Assembly: GCA_011109175.1 (NCBI GenBank)
Contig: RDEW01000006.1
Coordinates: 129,612 to 193,611, forward strand
Direction of reading: 5' to 3'
Source: Dicyema japonicum
Taxonomy: Eukaryota > Animalia > Dicyemida
Length of the DNA stretch: 64,000 bases
The notes under the pieces were generated by a model. The model ran no database searches. It was not told where the DNA came from and saw only the letters and a program-made list of their open reading frames with translations. Position 1 is the stretch's first letter. Each line of letters opens with the position of its first letter. Positions 37,840 to 50,719 of the stretch are shown one piece after another. The position numbers and the translations under genes are program-made.

Positions 37840-38272
37840 ATATTTTTGAAATTCCTGAAAAATATCTTATGTTATGGAAAAAATCAAAATTGTTTTTATT
37901 GCTTTCCCCACTTCTTATTTGGATACTCACTGCGGACTGGATTGTCTAGAAAGGACCCACACACAAGAAAAAGAAAAAAAGAAGTGAAGATCATTCCTTG
38001 GTTCTACGATTAGTTAAAATTAACTGTTCTTTACTTAAAAAAGTGTTCCTGCCTATGCGGAGCTATAAATATTGTGGCTCTCGTGAAAAGGCTTAAAAAA
38101 ACATGAACCCAAATATTGAGAAACTTGTGTCTAACTTTTTGCAACATCACTGTCACATTAATTATTAATTTTTTTATTTCCAACTCGTTACCATATAGGT
38201 TTTCCCGGTGGGCGATATTTTTTAAAAGTTTGTTAAAGGGGGCGATGACCTGAATAAGTTTGGGAACCCCTG
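37840..38272 (+). mobile_element. hAT-Buster 3' remnant interrupted by SINE copy (d)
   Basis: LWKKSKLFFIAFPTSY and MNPNIEKLV flank the SINE; right TIR tttgggaacccctg followed by gttTAgag. Confidence 0.7.
37921..38098 (+). mobile_element. SINE copy (d), 5'-truncated
   Basis: Highly similar to 8861-9030; stem-loop at 38060-38080 carries G-U substitutions. Confidence 0.88.
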
Positions 38273-38460
38273 GTTTAGAGCGTGTAAGGGGCTAAAAATG
38301 TTAGCGTGACGTCAAATGGTTTCCTTACTTTAGCAGAGCCCAATGTCCTTTTCTGAAATCGATTATTGTCGATAATAATATAATAGCCAATTTATTGATT
38401 ATGAAAATAAAAAAAAATATCAAAACTATAAAATATTTAAATTTATTTGTTAAATCATAA

Positions 38461-39205
38461 ATGGCGAGTAATGTCCAGTGGAGCAATTTGGCTGATGGAA
38501 TTGATATAACCGACCAAGCATTCAGGAGCTCAGGTCCTTTTAATTCTTTAACGGCAGATACGTGCACTCTCATAGAAGATTACCTGTCTGACAAAACTCT
38601 CGATGATGTGCCGGAGAATGTGAGAAACTGTATGTCTTCGTGCTGCAAGAACAATGTTAGTCAGTACCGTAACGGAGTCCGCACTCTGGATGCCCTGTCT
38701 AGGAGGGAAGAATACAAGGGTGGAATAGCTCCGGAAGTCATTGAACAAATCAGGGGCGATTGCGTGGAAAAAATCCTCGATGGAGTAGCCTTCGCCTGCC
38801 GAATCGCTGAGAGACTGGCACATATGTCATCCTTGGAAGTGAAGGTGTTCGCGCACAAGATGTATTGGGTCTTATTACCCCAGGAAAGGTGATTACAATC
38901 GTTACGCTGCGGAGGTGCTGGTCTCCAGCGAGAAATATGTCGAGATATCCCGCAATGCTTACACGGACGCCGAGGAACTGGCCAAGAACCTGAGTCCTCA
39001 ACACACGCTGCGACTGGGACTGGCCCTCAACTCGTCGGTGTTCTACTATGAGATCATGAACAATTCGATGAAGGCTATGCAGGTTGCGAAGGACGCGTTT
39101 GCACAGGCGCACGTGGATATGGAGGATGAGGACATGATAAATCCGGATTCAGCTAATATTCTGCAGTTAATAAAGGACAACATGGATTTGTGGGGTGAGG
39201 AGTGA
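38461..39205 (+). CDS. Divergent 14-3-3 protein
   Basis: After a 22-nt intron (38862-38883): FAHKMKGDYNRYAAE, HTLRLGLALNSSVFYYEI, AKDAFAQA, DSANILQLIKDNMDLW. Confidence 0.92.
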
Positions 39206-41239
39206 TATCTGAGTTGTAGGACGAAAGGATGACTCCGACGAATCGACCACAGATGATGTGTGACTAACATTATGATCTCTATTTTATGGGTTTCTGTTAA
39301 AATGGTATATGGGTGTGGGAGAATGAACGGTTAGGTAGCTCATAACTGACCCATGTGGTTGGTTTTGCTGGTATTCGGGTTAAGGGGTATCATTTTGAAG
39401 TTGTCGGGTTTACCGATCAATTTAATAAATATCTAAAATAGTCAATTAGTAAGTGTTGCCTGTAGTGGTTTAAGAATTGGAAGATGATAAATATATTGCA
39501 CAACTCAAAAAATATTTTAACACACTTTGACACGTGGTTTTTTTCTCACATTAAATTTGTGGTTACAAAATACGAAAAGTACTAACGTACTGAGATGTCT
39601 ATCGAGCTTATGGAAGATCGGAAATAACTTATCTTAAACTGTACATGCCTACTTCCTTGACAAATGCCATTAATATCCATGTTAGCCATAAAAGGGTACA
39701 CAGTTACCGAGAGTTAAGCCCCTTAACGGTCTTCTCTTGAGAAGTGTGCATTTCAACAACGAGCTTTTATGGGGAAGAACATCGGGCAAGATCAGGTCTA
39801 CGTCGGGATCACGTGAGTAGTTAGTTTGTTTGTTACCTTTGTTCCTCCATCTTTAAATAGACTTAAGAGACATAGAACGTGTTACCATTATCCCTTAAGT
39901 GCTTAGGTTTTAGGCTTAATATGATTTCGTGATAAATGTAGAGTTTTTGTTGCGATTAATGGTCTATTTTACTGATTTTGATAATATAGCGGTTAACCTT
40001 AAATAATATTGATATAGTGTATCTCACAAATTAGCCACAATTATAATATTTTTATAGAAAATTATATTCTTATTAATTGGCCACAATTTTTAATTTTATT
40101 TTTGAAATAAATTTTTACTAACATTTCTCGCATGTACAACGCAATTGTGAAACCCATACTCTTTTACAACCAAGTACTGTGGCTTGCACTAGACAGGAGC
40201 ATGAAAAGCTGAATCCTGTCCTCATGGAACTAATACAGACCGTCGTCTGACATTCTTTATAAGAGAACGAGGAGCACAGAGATTTCATACGAGATCATGG
40301 AGGCAATATGGAGACTTTGTTCTGGACGCTTGGCGTTTCCGTGGTCGACCAAGAGCAACCATACCAACCGTCCGTAATGAAGACCTTAAGGAAATCGGGA
40401 GACGCCTCAGGGATGGGGAGGACCTTAACAGGTTAGGGGAGACCTCAAGTCATACGGAGGTGCTAACCATGGTCTTTGAAATTGGTCTTTGAAAATGGAC
40501 CGTCCTAAAAGCCATCATAAAGAAGAGCCCCTTCCCTCCTACTGCTTGTATCAGCAAAGTATATCCTGAGGTTATTGCGCCGACGATTGAATATGCCTGT
40601 TCTTCCTGGAGATTCGCTATTCCTTCTACGAGGGTGGAGCGTATGAACTCTATCATGAGGCATATTCAATCAGACTCCACATCCATCCCCAGTCTTTTTT
40701 CAGAGGAGTGACGGTGAAAAATGGCCAGGGCTTCCTACATATGTGCAATGAACTAAGAAACCCATTCAGAGAGAGGGTGGTTCATGCGGAGGAATTCAGA
40801 TCGGCACTAAAAAAGTGCACTCCGATAGAATTTCCTCTGCAGAAATAAAAGAAGACACTTCAGAATCGCTGTTGGTTCACTGGCGGAACATTCGAAGAGA
40901 ATTCGAGAGATGTTGGAGGCTGGGATCACTTAATTTAGCAAGTTAATTCTTCTTGGTGGTATTGAGGTTTTAAAATAAATAAATGTTATTTAATAAAAAG
41001 ATACAAAAATTTGTTATTTGTTAAAAATAAATTTAAGAAAGACGTGCGGGAAGCGGTCTGGCTAAAGCAACGCTATAAATACGAAATTTTGACTTAAAAA
41101 TAAGTTTTTAGACTTTAAAGTTTCAAAATTTAGATTTTTTTTGAATTTATGTCGTCAAATTTATCTACAAAATATTTTTTTATATATGAAAACAGCTAAT
41201 CAAGATATTAATTTTACAATAATAAAATCTGCTAAAGTC

Positions 41240-41830
41240 TAAGGCCAACCAGCATCGTCTTGCATGCCTCGTGTCCGCCGCCAACCATAGGAGCGGAGCG
41301 TGGCTGGATGCAGTCCCGTGTTCCTCCTGGGGACCCTTTTGGACGATGACTGTATTCGGATTGGGATCTCACAACCCCTGGGAGTTGATGTTTGCTTCGA
41401 GCACCAATGTCGTTGTGGAGGGATACTCAATGCCAAAAGGCTGCATCTGCTCTCGTGCAAAAGGAGTGCGGGCAGAGCATCCCGCCATACTGCTATGAAC
41501 AACATTGTCATGCGTGCTCTTGAAGCTGCAGGCTTCCCGGTAGTACTGGAGCCCGTGGGATTGGACCGCGGAGACGGGAAAAGACCGGATGGGTTAACTA
41601 TCTTTCCGTTCACTGAGGGAAAATCGCTCGTATGGACTGCACTGTGTGGATTCTTTCTCGAACTCGATGATACTTAGCTCAGCAGCCGATCTGGCAGAGA
41701 AAATCAAGATTAAAAAAATATTGGCCCACCGTAAGAAAGACGTGCGGGAAGCGGAGGCAACGAATTGGGATTGCAGTTGTCCGCGGAAACGCTTACTCCG
41801 TGAGTTCAGCAGCCGCCCATAGTTAATAAA
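41240..41830 (+). mobile_element. CRE-clade retrotransposon 3' fragment
   Basis: SGAWLDAVP, CRCGG..HLLSCK..RHTAMN, GDGKRPDGLTIFPF, RIGIAVVRGNA. Confidence 0.85.
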
Positions 41831-42099
41831 TATTTTATTGTTAACAAATTTTTCATTAATAATTAATTTGTTATATTTTCCAAAAATAAACCGCCGCTGG
41901 CTGTTTGAGCGAAGTATGAGAGGGAAAAGCCACGCAGTGAGGGCGAGCTAACTAATGTTTCGTCCTTATCAGTTTTAATAAAAATAAACTGTTATTTTTG
42001 TAATTTTTATATCACTATTTTTATTTACAAGTAAAATTTATAATAAATTTTTATAAATTATACTTTTTGGTTGATGGATATTTTTTCACAAACACAAAA

Positions 42100-42800
42100 G
42101 CTCATTTTTATGCAAGAAATATTCATATTTTGTAGTCAATTTGATGGGCAACTTTTTTGTTCAAATTGTTTGATTTTATTTAACGGGGAAAAATCAGCTG
42201 TGATCCATGGGTACCTGATGGACCAAAGAGTTGACTACCTATACTCTCCCTCAAATCTGTCGATTTTGAAGAAAATCCTCATTTATGTCGACCATCCTAC
42301 AACTATTCATCAACACCCTTCGTACAGATTAAATCACTAATGTGGATATTGCTGCATTACAGGAAACCATTATGTACGCTCAGACTGGTAAACACGAATT
42401 AGAAATATCCTTTGTCATTCGAGCATTCTGGAATGATGAGTACATAATGTTGTGATCTGGATTAAAAATTTTAAAACATTTGTGATTTATAAATTTCCCA
42501 ACTAATTGTCGATTCATTTTTTCTCCAACATAGTTGCAGCACAGATGAAGACAAGTTTTTTCCCTGCTCTGCTTATAGCCAAGTGAATTATCGTTTCCTT
42601 GGAAAAATGAGTTTTTCCGAGTTTTCTTCAAGAAAATACAAGTTTAAGATTTTCTTCCCCCATTGGACAATTTTTTCCACTAAAGACTGACAATGTCATC
42701 AATTTCATTTGTGAACCTGTAATAATTTGAACATCAACTACTGTCTTCTTTTAAAGTTGTCTAACCACCCATTTGATGCCTTAATAGTCTTAAAACGTAA
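42100..42800 (-). mobile_element. pogo/Tigger (CENP-B-like) transposase remnant
   Basis: KASNGWLDNFKRR (HTH), LCCNYVGEK..VGK..NARMT (DDE-1 region), and a PMD motif. Confidence 0.7.
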
Positions 42801-43789
42801 TCTACGTGGGTCAAAGGAGATTTCAATTTTTTAATGAGTGGGCCAATAACTGGGAAATTTTGCAGTCTCAAGTGCTGAAATAGATCGAGAACCTTTGGAT
42901 CCACCATTTAAAAGTATCTTCATTCCTTTCACGAATTTCAGTCTTTGAACAGGTGTTCCACAATCACAAGAGGCATTATATCTTTTTTATTCAAACTATA
43001 GTTTTAATGCTCGTTCCGAATTTTTGCGCTAAGAATCTCTACGGTTTTAAAAGGCCTAGAGCACAACGGAATCCTAAATTTATCCCAACAAAAATATTTT
43101 TTTTACGTACATATTTCCAAAATAAAAAATTAAACAGTAAATTATATAAAAAATTAATTTAATTAAAAAATAATAAAACGCCACTATTTTGGAGTTTGTT
43201 ATGAATAATCAACTGCGCTCTGCATTAGTAATTTTTCCTGAGAATAGCTATTTTTAGAAAGGACTGGAAGCCGATGATATCACAAAAGAAGGTGAGTTTT
43301 CATTCCGACGTAAAGACCCCAAAACCCAAGACAGATTATTGTTTCTCACAATGTGACCACTGTTGACTGAAAGCAGAAAAAAAGTCGAGCTAATGGACAT
43401 GATTGATTGGTATAAATGGACTGGAGGGGATAATCAAATTTCAAAAGCATCGAAGAAAAAATAGGGTTGACAACACACCTGATAATTGGTTTATCAAAAA
43501 ATAATATTTTCTTTATCGCTTCTAACCGCAGTTTTTTTTTCAAATTCCCAAAATTGGCGGTTAGTTCTAAAACCAGTCTTACCGATCCAGAAAGACAACA
43601 ACCATCAAATCACGTTTTCTGATGAATTATTCGGAATATGTCGTTGCGCATCAACAAAATATAATTCAATAATGGATGAAGCGTAAAAAATAATCCACAA
43701 TAAATATAGAAAATCGAGTTAATTACACAAAATAGTGATAAAATCAGTCATATTTCAAAATTATCAAAATAACTAGAATATATAAGAGA

Positions 43790-44020
43790 AAGAGTTAGCT
43801 TGTTCCAGGCTTTTCTGTTTTTAGCCAGATCCCTCAGTGTGACCAGGTCGTCACCAGATGACAATGTTTTCTTTACGCCTTTCAGATCGTTTTGTAAAAC
43901 GATCGGGAGAGTTGTCCTTGGTCTTCCACGAAAGCGTTATACATGGGAGGAGTAGAAATCTTCCATGGCGATATTCGGGAGGGATGTCAATTCCAACCTC
44001 AGGTGTATCACTAATGTTGA
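43790..44020 (-). mobile_element. RTE LINE 3'-end fragment
   Basis: AMEDFY..FRGRPRTTLPIVLQNDL..DDLVTLRDLAKNRKAW, homologous to 51710-51900. Confidence 0.65.
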
Positions 44021-44049
44021 TTCTAAGTTTAAATAATTATTTTTAAAAT

Positions 44050-47000
44050 TAATTTTTAAATTTATTTAACCAACAAAAGTTACTATTTTAATCATCTCTG
44101 TATATCCACATAGCGGGTGCCCGTTTACAAGAGTTACTGGACAACCCGAACTGCTGGGGCTTACGAGGAACCAATTACACACAAGTCCTGAAAAGTCGTG
44201 CTCCATGATTTTTACTTCCAATAGAAGATTCACTAACTCGGCGCCTTCATTGACTCTAAATGGGATAACAATCTCCTCCACAAATTAAACCAAAAATACT
44301 GGGGGTCACATGAGCTCGAATAATATTTTCGATAGTTCCGCCAACCTTGCACATTTTTCCTAAACTATAGGGGAATTGGCATACGAGGATTTATCCCGTA
44401 AGCAAGCTTAGAGCAAAATTCCGCGTTTTTTCAAATTTCTCGAAGATAGAGTCTCTCTTTTTCGAATCGTACTATCCTTCTAAACAGTATGACATTGCAG
44501 GAAGTATCGCAGTGCTGAAGACATAAACAAAGGTCTCTGGCTTTAATTTTCTAACACAGAACAAAGCGTTCGTATTTTTTCTTTCGTATTTTAGCATGTT
44601 CCATAAAATTACCTCCCTCGTCAATTAGAAGGGCAAGGTATTTCATAGTGTTCTTCCGAGGAATGTATTGTGACGAGCTCTTTAGGTTAGCCATCCTCCT
44701 GCTTCTAGTTATCATCAGCATACCAGACTTCTATGTGCCACTGAAAGGAAGTTTTCATTACACCACTTTTCGATCTGGTCCATGTACGTCTTCAATCGTT
44801 TCTCAGATACCAAAGGGTTTAAAGAAACGTCATAAATTATGACGTCATCAACGTATATCAAGATTTCTGTACGTGGGTTTTCTGGGGAAGGCAATTCACT
44901 CATTACAATGTTAAATAATAGAGGACTGAGCACTGAACCCTGAGGTACACCTCTTCTCAACCAAATTTCACGAGATTCATAGTTTAAAAAATTAACAATT
45001 GACCGTCTATCCGAGAGCAAACTTTGTATCCAAAAATAAAGTTCCTTTTCAACACCACATTTCGCAAGACAAATAAGAAGACCAAGATGCCACACACTGT
45101 CGAAAGCTTTGGATATATCAAGCAGACTGCGGTCAAACATTCTTTAGTTTCCAAAGCCTTCACAATTGATGCGCTAACACTGTACAGTCTCCACAAGACC
45201 GATTTTTCTAAAACCCCAATGATGGTCTTCTATATATCATTACGTTCTATATTTTCAAAGAGTCTGTTGAATACAATTCTTTCCATAACTCTTGAGATCG
45301 TTGATGTGAGGATTATGGGCCTATAACTGGTTAAGTACCCAGGTTTCCCAGATTTACGTATCGACCTGACCTCCGTCAATTTCCAATGGAAGGTATATGA
45401 CCCAACCTGATACTGCACGTATAGAGACATCCCAGATATTCATAGAATACCTGGGTGCTTCCTTGAATAAACGAATAGCGATCTTGTCCTTCAAGGAGCA
45501 TTGTCTTTAGTGCATTTACCGCATTTTCAACTCCAGCATTTATAGGGCTGTGACGTAGAGGTAAAGAACTAATTACCTTTTCCAGCTTTTCTTTAGAGAA
45601 CTGAGGCCACACGAGACAGTCGCTCATCAGGGTTAACCTGCTGTATTTTCGAAGTTCATCCCAAACAGGTTAAGAATTTCTTCTAAAAGAGACCACACAG
45701 GAGACCCATTATGATATTGCAACAGTGGAATCTCTTTTCTGGATTTACGTCCGGTTACTTCATTATAGACTTTCCAAAGTTTTTTCTATACAATTCGCTG
45801 CACTGAGCTATCTAAAAATTATTCTTCTTAGCGTAATTCTTGCGTCATAATTTTTAGCTCCATGAGCCTACGGTCATGCGGATCAGGACATCGACGTATT
45901 TTGTTTTTCAAACATTGTTTCCTTTTCAAACATTTTTTGGTGTCAAATGAGAATTCTTGTTAACCGAATAGACTTTATTCGTATATGTTTCGAGGTACGA
46001 TTTAAAAAATCAAATAGTGTCACTCGAACTCTCAAGATCCAACTTGGAAGACTCCGGATTACAAAAATTCCCAAAACGTTCCAAATATATAGCAATGCTT
46101 TCGGTAATGGTCCCAGTTTATACTTATCAGATCATAGCGTACTGGAGCAGGCTTGACCTCTAAAGGAGTTAGGTTGAGTTTATAAAGGATTGGTAGATGA
46201 TCACTACCAATCACCAAGCGTAATCGGTCGTTCCAAAAATTGATGAACAGATTCCGATCTTAACTCCATTCCCAAATAATCCCAGCCACTTGGAGAATAG
46301 TGATTCGGAGATCACAACAGAAAACCCGGAAGACACAGAGATATCTTTCAAAACAAGGCCGTCTCTGTTCATCCCCAAACAACCAAACGAGGTATCTTTC
46401 GAGTTTAAGATCTCCCAAAAGGATCGAGAACGGTGCATTTTCATCATGAAAAAAATTCTCGATAAGATAAGGATACGAAGATAATTTTTTAGAATACATT
46501 CCTCCAATTTTCATCCACATATTTCACTCGTACTTCCAGGGAAACAAACTCACACAATTCTTGGGATATGATCTTCAGGTTACGAACCCTTAGACTTATT
46601 CTGTAGAACACAGATGTACCCGTTCCCGCAACCGAACCAGACTTCCATTTAATATCAAGAGAATAATATCCCTCAAATTGAAAATTATCCTCACTCTTTG
46701 ACTTGGTTTCATTAACAATTCATATGTCCACGGGATTGGTGGATAGCATATGCACAATCTCAGAACGCCTTCTCTTTAAGGATCGGGCGTTCACCGCAAT
46801 GATAGTAATAACAGACTTCATGCTTGTAGACCTCTGCCTCTCTAAAAAAGAGGGCCAACAGGTTCCTGACGTCAAATTTTTTAGCACAAATATAAGCCAG
46901 TTTGTCAACAGCATTTATCAATTCAAAGTCTGCAACTGGGCATTCCACCAGATTAGGAGTACCGACAGTATTCCCTTTGTTTATGTAATTGGAAACAATG

Positions 47001-47700
47001 TTCGTATACTCAGAGGTTCGGTTAGTATCCATGGTCGACATTTTCGCGTCTATTTGGTTGAAAAATCACATTTTATGGGGTCTGTAGATTTTCCCATACA
47101 CTTTCAACAGCCTCAGGTTTAACCCAAAACACCTTCTTAGTCATGTCTTTTGTTCTTCTTTTTCGAAGGCAGCCTTTGCTGAAGAACAACCACCATAACA
47201 AGCCAAATGACCAACTGTCTTGCAGTTAATGCATTTCATTTCACTGTCCTTAACCAAACAAGAGTTCATATTGTGCTCTCCATCACAAATTGAGTACTCT
47301 TCCTTATCCCTGCAGAAATTCGCAGCCGAAATCATAGACACAAGCGTCCATATCTTCTTTTGAGGAAAATTCAAGTATGAATATGTATGATTTCCTTAAT
47401 TCGTGCCTTATTAGCAGTCGCTGAGTTTGATAGTATGTTAAAACTTTAATCCGTTAAAGCCATGTTTTTAATTACCACATTCACTACAAGAGAATCATAA
47501 GTCAAGTTACACGGATCTTGCCATGACACAATCATTTGTGAGTATTTCAATCCCCTTCTTTGATTAAGACTTTACTGTTGGTTTACCTTCATTAGTCAGT
47601 TTTCCTTTATTGCTGTTGATGCTTTCCCAACTTTTTTTTGTCGAAATTTTGACACAAATAACGCATTTATTATCTTCGAACCAAACAGTAAATCATCTCT
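44050..47700 (-). mobile_element. Near full-length degenerate Jockey/I-group LINE (ORF1 CCHC knuckles, APE, RT)
   Basis: ICDGEHNMNSC..CINCKTVGHLACYGGC (ORF1); IIAVNARSLKRRRSEI and LLGDLNSK (APE); SYRPIILTSTISRVMERI, LDISKAFDSVWH, GVPQGSVLSPLLFNI, YVDD (RT). Confidence 0.9.
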
Positions 47701-48599
47701 ACTCCCAATATATTCTACCGTCAAACGGCTACTGCTGCGCGGCATGAGGTACTAACCTATCCTATACCAATCTAAAGAAAATAAACTCCTTCCAAGAGAT
47801 AATAACGAGGACCTTACTAAGGTCCTCCTACTCGACACTAATGCCAACACCGTTCGAGGAACTCGTGAGGAGAGCGGAGCCCAGTCGAAACCTCAAAACT
47901 TCCGAAAATGATTTGTCCATAAAGGAAGTGTGTGGGACTCTGGAGGAGAACCGAGAAAGGATGAGGTGGCTGCTCAAGGAAGCAGGGATCACCTGACGAC
48001 CCCCACTCTCGTTTATTTTGTCAGTGATTCTTGGTTTTAAATAAATAAATCATCTCTGTATGAGGAACCTCCAATTTTTAAACTTAACCACAAAATCAGA
48101 CCACCCTTGGAGCTTCCTGAATCACACGAAGAACTGTGGAGAGTTAAATCCGACTATAACGCACCTGTTTTGTAAATTGACCAAAATTCTTCAGCCACCT
48201 CCAGTTTAAACCAAGTCAGAGACAATACATGTCAACTTCTTTTCCGAAGTCATCCGAAGACTGGCCTGGAACGATCTACTGGATGTCCCTCCTACATTGG
48301 TGGATGACTCGGAGACTACCCTCGAAAAATAAACACTGATGACCATAACACAACTACGTTCTGGGAAATTCCTCCCTACAGTTGCTCTTGGCTTCTATCA
48401 CCTGACCAACCATCATTGATTCTTTTGAACCTACTTCTCCACCTCTCTTCTGAAACGGAAGCCTGTACTATTAGAAGATGGATTTGGTCGACACAGCAGA
48501 TGTTCTCCTTGGGTTCCTTCTTTGGATTAATTAGTTATGATTAGGGCAACCACAAATATGGCCTTATCTACCAGAATAGTTGCTTCAGGACACTTATAA

Positions 48600-48900
48600 G
48601 TTTTCAAAAAATTCTGAACAATACTCATTAATTCGCATTTCTAACATTTTTAATGCCATTTACATGTCCTTTTTCAAGATATAAATTGATATCACACGGA
48701 TCCTGTTCCAACTCATCCAGGTCACAACCAGTGGGATAATCTTTACTTTACAATCGTAGAGAAGCGAAAGCTCAAGGAGGTCGTACTTGTGACAGTTTTC
48801 TACTTCTACCTGTTTTAGGCCAACCAGAGATGTAATTCCCACTTTGATTAGAATTATCTCATTCTGATCTTGTTATATACGAAATATCTGGTTTATTAAA
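48600..48900 (-). mobile_element. R4/Dong-like RLE fragment (paralog of 15324-15509)
   Basis: GITSLVGLKQVEVENCHKYDLL..LYDCKVKIIPLVVTW. Confidence 0.75.
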
Positions 48901-50719
48901 CTGTACCTTCGTTTCAGTCAGAATCGACGTATCGACTCATCTCAACATTCCGTGTGGATAGATTGGACTGAACTGCATGCCCTTATTAATTCCGTTCAGG
49001 TAATGTTTTAACTTAATTTTAATCAAATTTATTGAAATAAAGTATCAAATAATTTTTAACAATTTTTTATTAAAGTTTCTATCCTTTTCGAACATTTTAT
49101 TTAACATGGTAAAACCTTTTTTACCAAAATAGTTGTTCCATGACATTTCAATAAGTTTCCAAAAAATTCTGGACAAAACTCTTTTAATTTCGCTTTTTTG
49201 ATATTTTTAATGGCATTTTACTTGTCCTTTTTTTCAATATATAATTTGATCACCGGCCCCTACTGACTGTGCTTAACAACCTGTTCGCTTGGCTATGACT
49301 TTGGCTCGAACATTGGGATAACTTAGAGGTGTTCATGGATAGAAAACTACATTTTCTTTAAAGGAAAGTTTGTAATGAAGTTGACCTGGAGGAATTATCA
49401 CTATCCAAAAACTAAACTTACTGAAAAAGAAAACAATACGTATGAAGGGATCACAATGTGGAATAAAAATACCTCCCCTGCTGACGGAATCTACAACTCG
49501 TAGATGTGGTTCCGGATTTCTCTGCATTTGCAACAAAGATGGACACCCACTAAGCCTCTCACTGTTCACGCAAAAGAAAATCGTTTGGCTAAGAAATTTT
49601 CTTCTTCAATCGGCTTCCTCTGCAAGGATCAAAAAAGGCATTTCAGTTCGACAGTGGGATCAATGGAGACGCACAGGCTTAGGATGGCACGTTTGGTTGC
49701 GGGAACCGGAATCACCTAACTAGTTAACTTTACTTTAGTCTTTCTTTCTCGGTGATCCCGGGAATTAATAAATAAATAAATTTCATCCATAATGGTAAAA
49801 AATATCTTGTCATTTTCTTATTTCCCGAATAATTAGATGGTAGTCATAAATCCCTAACAGGCAAACTTGCACGTCTAACAAATCTACCTCGATCTTCCCC
49901 CAATGCTTGACCACGCCGAAATCAAAAATAACGGCTCCGGCTTCATCGGTCTGTGTAATCAAGAAACAAGTCGTTTCTTCCATTCAAGGCTAGAGGCCTC
50001 AAATACACGAAATTTGGGGAAAAAACCCACCCCTCTTCAAACTCTAATGAAAGATGATCGTCGTCTATTCAGGATAGCCGTGGGTACTCTGGGAAACACA
50101 GGAAAAACCTCTCGATCCTGTTGAGGCGTACCGGGATCACTTAATTAGTTGGTTTACTCCTTCGTTCTTGGTGTTCCCTTTTCGGGGTTATTAAATAAAT
50201 AATAGTCAGAAATCAAATTTTCGTAAAATTATCTGATTGTCTTTGAAAAAAGTTCACAATTTCAGACATTTTTACTATTTATTGGTATAATAATTTCCAG
50301 CTTCCAACCAACTTTCCAAACTTGTCATCAGGAGGCAATCCAATCTCTTCAAATAAGTTCTTTTATTTTTTAACGTTGTCATTTTTATAGATATATTAAA
50401 TAATCCATCAGAATAACGTGAACGATTTTTTTTCAAATTACAGCTATGTAGCATGTGGGCGAAACAGGTCAAATGTATACATTCCTGTTAATATTTTTCC
50501 GCGTAATACTGCAATCCCAATTCGTTGCCTTAGCCAGAACGATTCGCGAGGTTCTTTTTTTTCGGTCGCTAGTTTCCCTACTATTTCTTTTATAAATAAA
50601 ATATGACCTAACGGACTAAAGATGACCTATAAGACCTAATAATGTATATTGACAATTAATAAAAATAAATTAAATAATGATTATATTTATAAAATCATTA
50701 ATATGACCAATTAAGTAAG

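Noticed and set aside
38307-38314. CRE/ATF site TGACGTCA upstream of 14-3-3
   Set aside because: A single 8-mer next to a hAT end; cannot be distinguished from chance.
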